Assembly (NCBI GenBank): GCA_024275575.1
Contig: JAJRYV010000132.1
Span: 17-64,016, forward strand
DNA: 64,000 nt
Source: a bacterium
GTDB taxonomy: Bacteria; Zhuqueibacterota; Zhuqueibacteria; Zhuqueibacterales; Geothermadaptataceae
Direction of reading: 5' to 3'
Numbering within the stretch: position 1 is the first letter of the stretch; every line of letters begins with the position of its first letter. The notes under the pieces are model-generated. The model saw only the letters and a program-made list of their open reading frames with translations, did no database searches and was not told the origin of the DNA. The translations under genes and the position numbers were made by a program. Shown in pieces: positions 28,269-35,567 of this stretch.

Positions 28269-29255
28269 ATGAAAAAAATCAAAGTTGGGATTCTGGGGAC
28301 TGGCCATCTGGGCCGCTTGCACACGATTTTATACAAGGGCGTGGAAAATGCAGAATTGGCTGGTGTCCATGATCTTGATCAAAACCGTGCCTGCGAAGTC
28401 GCTGCAGAAGCTGAATGTCATGTCTTCGCAGATTATCATGCGCTGCTCGCTGCGGTTGACGCCGTAAATATCGTAGTGCCCACAACTTATCATTTCGAGG
28501 CTGCAAAACAGGCTTTGCTCGCCGGTAAACATTTATTCATCGAAAAACCCATAACCACGACCATCAAACAGGCCGAAGCCTTGATTGAGCTGGCACAGCA
28601 AAATAATTGTCTCATTCAGGTGGGGCATATCGAGCGCTTCAACCAGGCGATGCGCGCACTGAGCAGCATCGAGGTGGCGCCAAAATTCATCGAATCGCAC
28701 CGCCTTGCGACTTTCAATCCGCGGGGAACCGACGTCGCCGTCGTGCTCGATCTGATGATTCACGATATCGATATTATTTTGAGTCTGGTCGACAGCCCGG
28801 TAAAAAAGATCGATGCCAATGGTGTGGCTGTAGTTTCCTCCGAAGTGGATATTGCCAATGCCCGCATCGCTTTCGAAAACGGCTGCGTGGCCAATGTTAC
28901 GGCCAGCAGAATCAGCCAGAAACAGATGCGCAAGATGCGAATTTTTGAGAGAGATAATTATCTCTCGATCGATTTTTTACAGGGTCTCAGCGAGCGTTTT
29001 CATCTCGTCAGCGATCAGCAATTACCGGCAGAAAGCGCAGCGATGATCATGGGCACGTTACAGGGCGAAAAAACGCGTCATATCCAGTATGAACGACTGA
29101 CGGCGCCCAAAGGCAACGCGCTGCAAATGGAATTGCAGACATTTGTCGACGCCATTCTGAATGGCTCCACACCACAAGTCACCGCCCGTGACGGCGGCCG
29201 AGCATTGAAAATCGCCGGTGAGATTACCGAGATCATCGCTCAAAACCAGATTTAA
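28269..29255 (+). CDS. Gfo/Idh/MocA family NAD-dependent oxidoreductase
   Basis: The start MKKIKVGILGTGHLGRLH contains a Rossmann GxGxxG, followed by the EKP motif (LFIEKPIT) and a C-terminal alpha/beta domain. Confidence 0.85.
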   Translation: MKKIKVGILGTGHLGRLHTILYKGVENAELAGVHDLDQNRACEVAAEAECHVFADYHALLAAVDAVNIVVPTTYHFEAAKQALLAGKHLFIEKPITTTIKQAEALIELAQQNNCLIQVGHIERFNQAMRALSSIEVAPKFIESHRLATFNPRGTDVAVVLDLMIHDIDIILSLVDSPVKKIDANGVAVVSSEVDIANARIAFENGCVANVTASRISQKQMRKMRIFERDNYLSIDFLQGLSERFHLVSDQQLPAESAAMIMGTLQGEKTRHIQYERLTAPKGNALQMELQTFVDAILNGSTPQVTARDGGRALKIAGEITEIIAQNQI

Positions 29256-29259
29256 ATTT

Positions 29260-30408
29260 GTGAACGCAAAAAACGACAATATTCTCATTATTGCCGGGGA
29301 AGTCTCAGGTGATTTACACGGTGCGCGGGTGATTCAGGCGCTGCTGAGAATTCGACCCGGCTGTGCAGTCTTCGGTATCGGCGGATCCCGCATGGCAGCA
29401 AGCGGCCAGGAACAATTTTACAACACCAAACAGATGGCGATTCTCGGATTTACCGAAGTAATTCGCCATTTACCGTTTTTACGTCGAGTTTTTCGCCATC
29501 TCGAAAATGAGATCATCGCCCGTAAACCGGCCTGTGCCGTGCTCATCGATTACCCCGGTTTCAATTTGCGTCTGGCAAAAATTTTAAAAAAATACGGTGT
29601 TCCGGTGCTCTGGTACATCGCGCCGCAAGTCTGGGCGTGGCATAAAAGCCGTATCAAACAGATGGCGTATTTAGTCGACCACCTCGCAGTGGTTTTTCCC
29701 TTCGAAACTGCACTTTTTCAGGATGCTGGCCTGCCGACGACTTTTGTCGGTCACCCGCTGCTTGAAGTCCTTAAAGTGGAAATGAAGCAGAATGAGTTTT
29801 TTGAAAAAACCGCTCTCGAGGCCGCAAATAAAACCCTCGCCTTGCTGCCGGGAAGTAGAAAACAGGAGGTCGAACGTTTACTACCCGATATGCTGAAAAC
29901 AGCTTCTAGAGTGAAAAAACAGGTAAAAAGCACCCAGGTTATCATCGCTCAATCTCCCAATCTGCCGGTAGAATACTACCACGATCTGATGAGTGACTTC
30001 CCTTCAACCGGGGCGCAGCTCATTCAAAATATCACCTATTCAATAATGAAATTCAGCACCGCAGCAATCGTGGCTTCCGGCACGGCAACGCTGGAGACCG
30101 GCTATTTTTCCACACCCATGGCCGTGGTCTACCGGGTTTCACCGCTAACATTTGCCCTTGGCAAAAGATTAGTACAATTGGAAAATATCGGTCTGATCAA
30201 TATCGTTGCCGGTGAAGAAGTCGTTCCGGAATTTATTCAGAATGAATTTGAACCCAGGGCGGTAGCCAACTATATTTTAAAAATATTCACCGATACCGCC
30301 AGCCGCCAGGAAATATCAAACCGTCTATCAAAAGTCCGCCACCTGCTTGGAGAAACAGGCGCCTCAGAAAAAGTCGCCAAATTGATCGTGGGGCTCGCAT
30401 GGCCGTAA
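29260..30408 (+). CDS. lpxB: Lipid-A-disaccharide synthase
   Basis: GTG 29260 lies just after the upstream stop. ILIIAGEVSGDLHGARVIQAL, VLIDYPGFNLRLAK, YIAPQVWAWHKSRI, LLPGSRKQEV and ASGTATLE are typical LpxB blocks. Confidence 0.85.
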   Translation: MNAKNDNILIIAGEVSGDLHGARVIQALLRIRPGCAVFGIGGSRMAASGQEQFYNTKQMAILGFTEVIRHLPFLRRVFRHLENEIIARKPACAVLIDYPGFNLRLAKILKKYGVPVLWYIAPQVWAWHKSRIKQMAYLVDHLAVVFPFETALFQDAGLPTTFVGHPLLEVLKVEMKQNEFFEKTALEAANKTLALLPGSRKQEVERLLPDMLKTASRVKKQVKSTQVIIAQSPNLPVEYYHDLMSDFPSTGAQLIQNITYSIMKFSTAAIVASGTATLETGYFSTPMAVVYRVSPLTFALGKRLVQLENIGLINIVAGEEVVPEFIQNEFEPRAVANYILKIFTDTASRQEISNRLSKVRHLLGETGASEKVAKLIVGLAWP

Positions 30409-31058
30409 TAAAAAACCGCTTTTTCTTTTTGTTGACGACAATGCTGGGCAGTGTTTTAATTCGCCTGCTCGGGTTCAGTGCCCGCATCACAAAGCAAGGT
30501 TTCGAACATTACGAATGGCTCATCAAAGAAAAAAAAACATTTCTGTTTTGCACTTGGCATGGACGTATTCTCATCCCCATTTATCTGCATAAAAATCAAG
30601 AAATTGTAGCCATGGTCAGCCAGCACCGTGATGGAGAAATAATCGCCAGAATACTGAAAAGGCTCGGCTATAAAACCGTACGCGGCTCAAGCACACGCGG
30701 TGGGCAACGGGCGGCAATTGAAATGATTCGCGCGTTAAAAAATGGAGCCGCCGGAGCCATCATGCCTGACGGCCCCACCGGGCCGAGGCACGTCCTTAAA
30801 CCCGGCACGATTACCATCGCGCAAAAATCAGGCGCCTATTTACTGCCTCTGACATTTAGCGCAAAAAAATTCATCCGGTTTAAATCCTGGGACCGGTTTA
30901 CGATTTCACTACCGTTCAGCAAATGCCTCGCGTTTTACGGAGAGCCCATCGCCATTCCCGGGAAAATGACACCGGTGGAATTTGAAAACATCAGGCGACG
31001 CATTGAAAAGAAAATGATCGAACAGGAAGAGCTTGCAGATGTTTTTTTTACACAATAA
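30399..31058 (+). CDS. DUF374-type lysophospholipid-acyltransferase-like protein
   Basis: 219-aa ORF overlapping the lpxB end. CTWHGRILIP, SQHRDGEIIARIL, GYKTVRGSSTRGG and MPDGPTGPRH are typical of the DUF374 family that accompanies lipid A/Kdo genes. Confidence 0.65.
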   Translation: MAVIKNRFFFLLTTMLGSVLIRLLGFSARITKQGFEHYEWLIKEKKTFLFCTWHGRILIPIYLHKNQEIVAMVSQHRDGEIIARILKRLGYKTVRGSSTRGGQRAAIEMIRALKNGAAGAIMPDGPTGPRHVLKPGTITIAQKSGAYLLPLTFSAKKFIRFKSWDRFTISLPFSKCLAFYGEPIAIPGKMTPVEFENIRRRIEKKMIEQEELADVFFTQ

Positions 31059-31059
31059 A

Positions 31060-32103
31060 ATGCTGCGTATTCTGCTCTGGCCGCTCTCTCTTCTCTACCT
31101 TACCGTAATTTTCATACGGAATAAACTATACGACACATCCATCTTCAAGTCATTTAAAATCAATTCGTTAGTCGTAAGTATCGGCAATATCAGCGTCGGC
31201 GGCACCGGCAAAACCCCGGTGATAATAGCGCTGGCAGAACTGTTGCGCTCAAAAGGTAAAAAAGTGGCGATATTATCGCGTGGATACGGCCGGAAATCAC
31301 GCGGTGTGGTAATCGTTTCCCATGGGCGGGGGCCGGCGTGCAAAGTTGAAATAGCCGGTGATGAGCCGTTTTTGCTAGCGACAGAATTGCCCGATATTCC
31401 CTTCGTTGTCGCCGAGAACCGGATCGCGGGAGCGAGAGAGCTTTGCCGTCTTTTCGCCCCAGAAATCATTTTACTGGATGACGGCTTCCAGCACCGAAAA
31501 ATAAAGCGCGACCTCGATATTGTTTTGATCGATTCAAAACGGTTGCTGTATAACAAAAGCCTGCTACCTGCCGGGCCCTATCGTGAGGGGCTGAGAAGTT
31601 TGCGAAGAGCGCATTTTATTTTGCCGGTTAATTGCTGTGCCGGGCAGATAATTGTCATGAAAATTCTTTGCAAGAAAACAGCAGCCTCACTGTATCCCAC
31701 CGATATAAATTCTCAGCAGCTCACCTTACCCAACAGCGGCACAACCGCAGGGATGCAATTATTGCGACATAAAAAAGTGCTGGTATTTTGTGGCATTGGC
31801 CAACCGGAAAAACTGCGGGAAACACTCCGCCAGGCAGGAGCGGAGATCATCGCATTCATGACATTTCCCGATCATTTTGATTATCAGGAAGAGGATCTCG
31901 ATAAGTTAATAAGCAAATTTAACAACTCTTCGGCAGAACTGATTATCAGCACTGCAAAAGATTGGGTTAAGATTAAGAATCACAAAGGCTTCAGGCAAGT
32001 GCCGGTTTGTCTTCCAGATCATAAAGCGAAGCTGTCGGATGAATTCATTAGTGCATTTCTCCAGTGGCTGCAAATAAGCGTAACAAACGATTGCCACAGA
32101 TAA
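31060..32103 (+). CDS. lpxK: Tetraacyldisaccharide 4'-kinase
   Basis: P-loop VVSIGNISVGGTGKTP, then ILSRGYGRKS, GDEPFLLA and LLDDGFQH. Confidence 0.85.
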   Translation: MLRILLWPLSLLYLTVIFIRNKLYDTSIFKSFKINSLVVSIGNISVGGTGKTPVIIALAELLRSKGKKVAILSRGYGRKSRGVVIVSHGRGPACKVEIAGDEPFLLATELPDIPFVVAENRIAGARELCRLFAPEIILLDDGFQHRKIKRDLDIVLIDSKRLLYNKSLLPAGPYREGLRSLRRAHFILPVNCCAGQIIVMKILCKKTAASLYPTDINSQQLTLPNSGTTAGMQLLRHKKVLVFCGIGQPEKLRETLRQAGAEIIAFMTFPDHFDYQEEDLDKLISKFNNSSAELIISTAKDWVKIKNHKGFRQVPVCLPDHKAKLSDEFISAFLQWLQISVTNDCHR

Positions 32104-32136
32104 AACCGGGATAAAATTCAGGAAAACAAATACTTC

Positions 32137-32165
32137 TTGCAAGACTATTTGTAATTTTGTATAAT
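32137..32165 (+). promoter_or_regulatory. Sigma-70-type promoter candidate upstream of the EBP gene
   Basis: TTGCAA (32137-32142), 17-nt spacer, TATAAT (32160-32165). Confidence 0.45.
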
Positions 32166-32307
32166 ATTCGAGGTTTTTTTAAATATATTTCAATCCCTGA
32201 TCTGCATTGAGGCACATATAATCTACTTATTTTACAGGGAGCACCAAAACGTCGATAACCTGATATAAATAACCTCTGTACTCTATATTTAACGTGGAGC
32301 CTTCCTG

Positions 32308-33687
32308 GTGAGTAGCAATCTGAAGTACTCCATCCTCGTCGTGGACGATGACAAAAATATCGCCAAAATGATTGAGATCAACCTGCGCAAGACCAGGTTG
32401 TATGATATCAAAACGGCAAGTAGTGGCGAAGCCTGCCTGAAGATGATCCGCGAAGAAATTCCGGACTTGGTTCTTCTTGATATTCAGATGCCCGGCATCG
32501 ACGGTATCGAAACGCTAAAACGCATTCGTGACTTTGATCCCCGCATTCCGGCAGTGATGATGTCAGCACACGGTTCCATCGAAAAAGCAGTGCAATCGAT
32601 GAAGCTCGGTGCACACGATTTTATTTCCAAACCCTTTGCCAGCGACCGCCTGCTGGTCACGGTCAAAAATGCGATCATAACCAGCTCCTTACAAAAAGAG
32701 GTGGATACCTTGCGCAGCGAATTGCGCAGCCGCTTCAATTTTGGCAACATCGTCGGGCACAGCGGTAAAATGCAGGAAGTTTTTCGTTCCCTTGAAAAAA
32801 TTATTGAAAGCAATATCACCGTGCTCATCCACGGCGAAAGCGGCACCGGTAAAGAACTCATCGCCCGCGCCATTCATTTTCAGAGCAAAAAACGCTCCGG
32901 CAAACCCTTTGTTGCAGTGAACTGCTCCGCCCTGCCCGACTCCTTGCTTGAAAGCTAACTTTTCGGTCATGAAAAAGGCGCTTTTACCGGGGCCTCCGGA
33001 AAACGTATGGGTAAATTTGAGGCTGCCAACGGCGGCACCATTTTCCTCGATGAAATCGGTCTGATGTCACAAATGACACAATCGAAATTGCTGCGGGTTT
33101 TGCAGGAACGTGAGTTTGAACGTGTCGGCGGTAACGAACTTGTTAAAGTCGACGTCCGGGTTATTTCCGCCACCAATGTCGACCTTGAGGAAGCGGTTAA
33201 AAAAGGCGCCTTCCGGGAAGATTTGTACTATCGCATCTCCGTATTTCCAATTGTTCTGCCGGCCTTGCGCGAGCGCAAGGAAGATATCCCGCTTCTCGCC
33301 GCACACTTCCTGGAAAAATATACGAAGCAGGAAAACAAGGAAATCGACGGCATCGCACCGGACGCACTGGAATTGCTGATATCCTATAGCTGGCCCGGCA
33401 ACGTGCGCGAGCTGGAAAACGCTATTGAACGTGCTATTTTAATGGCCAGCACCAACGATATCTCACCAAAAGATTTGCCGAATTCAATCCGCGCAATCGG
33501 TGAGAAACGCATTATCGAAAAAGATTCAACATTATCAAGCTGGATCGAAAAACTGGAAGAGGAAGCGTTGAAACAGGCCTTGCTTGAATGCGAAGGCAAT
33601 ATTTCACAAACGGCAAAAAAACTCGGTATCGGCCGTGCAACGATCTACCGCAAAGCGAAAAAATACGGCTTACCGATGATCAAATAA
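32308..33687 (+). pseudogene. NtrC-family sigma-54-dependent response regulator (REC-AAA+-Fis HTH) interrupted by one in-frame TAA
   Basis: GTG start. The REC domain has a canonical acceptor (DLVLLDIQMPGIDG) and Walker A is GESGTGKE. The translation reads ...ALPDSLLES, TAA (32956-32958), then in the same frame [12 protein letters not shown]...[10 protein letters not shown]...RVISATN...REDLYYR...and the Fis-type [27 protein letters not shown]. Confidence 0.85.
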
Positions 33688-33710
33688 ATTGCCCCCATCT
33701 TTAATTTTCA

Positions 33711-33743
33711 AAAAGCCGGTATTTTTGAATACCGGCTTTTTTT
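33711..33743 (+). terminator. Rho-independent terminator after the EBP gene
   Basis: GCCGGTAT (33715-33722) pairs with ATACCGGC (33729-33736) across the loop TTTTGA. It is followed by T7 and preceded by A4. Confidence 0.7.
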
Positions 33744-33891
33744 GTTACAAACTGAACTGTTTTGCTACAGTATATTCTCAGGTTGAAACAGTTTGTCTCC
33801 TTTTCCAACCCCTTAATTCTCATCGCTTAGACCGGCAAAAAGACGACTCTCAGGCAACGGATGTTTCACCGGACTATTTCAAAATGAAACA

Positions 33892-33907
33892 TGGTATAGC
33901 GTTTGCA
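33892..33907 (+). promoter_or_regulatory. Sigma-54 (-24/-12) promoter candidate
   Basis: TGGTAT-AGCGT-TTGCA has the GG and GC dinucleotides at the canonical spacing of TGGCAC-N5-TTGC. It lies about 58 nt upstream of ATG 33965. Confidence 0.55.
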
Positions 33908-33964
33908 TAAATACGTTCGATAATTAATCCACGGGGCGATAACATTAACCAGAGAACAACACGA

Positions 33965-35077
33965 ATGAAAATGACAAATCTAGGTATTCTCATACCGAAA
34001 ATCTGCGACAGTACGTACTCCCAATCCGATTTGTATCAATTTGTAAACTTGGTCCAAAAGATTTCCCTCAGCTATTTAAAATACCAGGAAGTTATTGGAA
34101 AACACATTCGGTGGGAAAGACGCGAAAGAAATTCAGAATTGGAAGATATGGCCATCGATTGTGTAGCCGGGCTTTTCATGCGTAACGATGAAAATGAGTT
34201 TGTCCAGCTCAAACGCTATTTTGAACCCCATCTTGCCGGGATACCGGCCCCTGATGATGAAGAATTGTTGATTCTCTTGCGGCGCCTGGCCATCAAAAAA
34301 ACCAAACAGGAACTTTCACGCATATTCAAAGAAAGAGACCCTGAAGGTGCAAAAATTATCCGCAACATCCGCGTCGCAGTTAAAAACTCAAATGATTTCG
34401 GTACATTCAAAGAAATGGGACGCGAGTATATATTTTTCCAACCGGCCGTTTTTGCCCCGGCGAATGATTGCGCAAATACACCCGTGCACACCGTTGGTGA
34501 AGACGAAATTCCGGATGACGAATACTTGCGCCGTGAACAGCCGGTCATCCCGGAAAAAACATTGCGAGATCTTTATCTTGAAAACTACACTCCAAAAGAT
34601 CATGTTTCGACCAGCATTCGTAAAATGCTCAAAGTCACTACGGAAGAAGAAAAATTCATGAACTGCCTGCCGACAGATGCCATTGCCCGGCTTATTCGCT
34701 ATACCAATTTCGAAGTTGTTCGTTCAAAACTGATTTCACAAATCGCGGTTGATTCCCCTCTCGATTATGTGCGCATGAAAGAAATCGAAGAGGCCAAACG
34801 CAATGTACTGGTAAAAATCAAATCGAAAATTCAGGTGCAATACGTCCACTCAAATAAAATCAGTCCGGAAAAAGGCGATATCTATTACCGCACGCTCGCA
34901 GATGTGCTCGATGACATCACCCACAACAAAAAGATAGAAAGTTACTACCGCCACCTGCGGAAATATGTCCCGGAACTGACCCAGAAGCAATATCGCAGCG
35001 ACGAGCGCACTATATTCGAATATCTCGGCAAACTCACCAAAAAGTGGTTTCGTGAATATCTCAAAGATTTACTTTGA
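33965..35077 (+). CDS. Hypothetical protein (N-terminus faintly sigma-70 region-2-like)
   Basis: 370-aa ORF directly downstream of the -24/-12 promoter. I recognise no family. ELEDMAIDCVAGLFMRND...LLILLRRLAIKKTKQELSRIF is vaguely like ECF sigma region 2. Confidence 0.55.
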   Translation: MKMTNLGILIPKICDSTYSQSDLYQFVNLVQKISLSYLKYQEVIGKHIRWERRERNSELEDMAIDCVAGLFMRNDENEFVQLKRYFEPHLAGIPAPDDEELLILLRRLAIKKTKQELSRIFKERDPEGAKIIRNIRVAVKNSNDFGTFKEMGREYIFFQPAVFAPANDCANTPVHTVGEDEIPDDEYLRREQPVIPEKTLRDLYLENYTPKDHVSTSIRKMLKVTTEEEKFMNCLPTDAIARLIRYTNFEVVRSKLISQIAVDSPLDYVRMKEIEEAKRNVLVKIKSKIQVQYVHSNKISPEKGDIYYRTLADVLDDITHNKKIESYYRHLRKYVPELTQKQYRSDERTIFEYLGKLTKKWFREYLKDLL

Positions 35078-35152
35078 TTTTGCACGCAAGATTATGTATG
35101 TTCAACGCAGGATACAGTATTCTAAGGACATGCATAATCTTTGTGTGATTGG

Positions 35153-35416
35153 ATGGATTCTTCTTACCAAGCCAGGCGATTTCAAATTAGCTGCCCCGAT
35201 TCTGACGTCATCGAAAAAATCCTGCTCCAGGCCTACAAACACCGCGTACTCATGCAGGTTTTCGAGGAGCATCTCATCACATGCTCAAGATGCCGGAAAA
35301 CCGTCGACCGTATCCGCATATATTATGAAATACTGGAAGCGGAAATGAAAAAACCTGTATCCGCGACAGTCATCAAATTTGCGGATTCTCTCAGCCTGGG
35401 AAGAAAAAAATCATAA
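35153..35416 (+). CDS. Small HxxxCxxC (zf-HC2-like) protein, no TM segment
   Basis: 87-aa ORF from ATG 35153. FEEHLITCSRCRKTVDRI matches the H-x3-C-x2-C pattern of zinc-binding anti-sigma factors, and an additional upstream Cys is present (ISCPDSD). Confidence 0.4.
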   Translation: MDSSYQARRFQISCPDSDVIEKILLQAYKHRVLMQVFEEHLITCSRCRKTVDRIRIYYEILEAEMKKPVSATVIKFADSLSLGRKKS

Positions 35417-35567
35417 GATATTCCCCTACAGAAAATCGATTCATCACCTCCTTTTGATACCTGTCGAAGGCCGTCACCCTTTTTCTCTTGACTGATGCTG
35501 ATAATTTTGCTTAATTGGGATATTTAAGCTCAAATTTTAATAATAATTGATCGATAACAGCAAAGAA

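Noticed and set aside
32956-32958. Stop-codon reassignment or a selenocysteine/pyrrolysine-type recoding as the explanation for the in-frame stop in the EBP gene.
   Set aside because: The codon is TAA, not TGA or TAG. TAA also terminates well-defined neighbouring genes, for example the ECF sigma at 24732-24734 and the EBP itself at 33685-33687. A nonsense mutation or a sequence error is more parsimonious.
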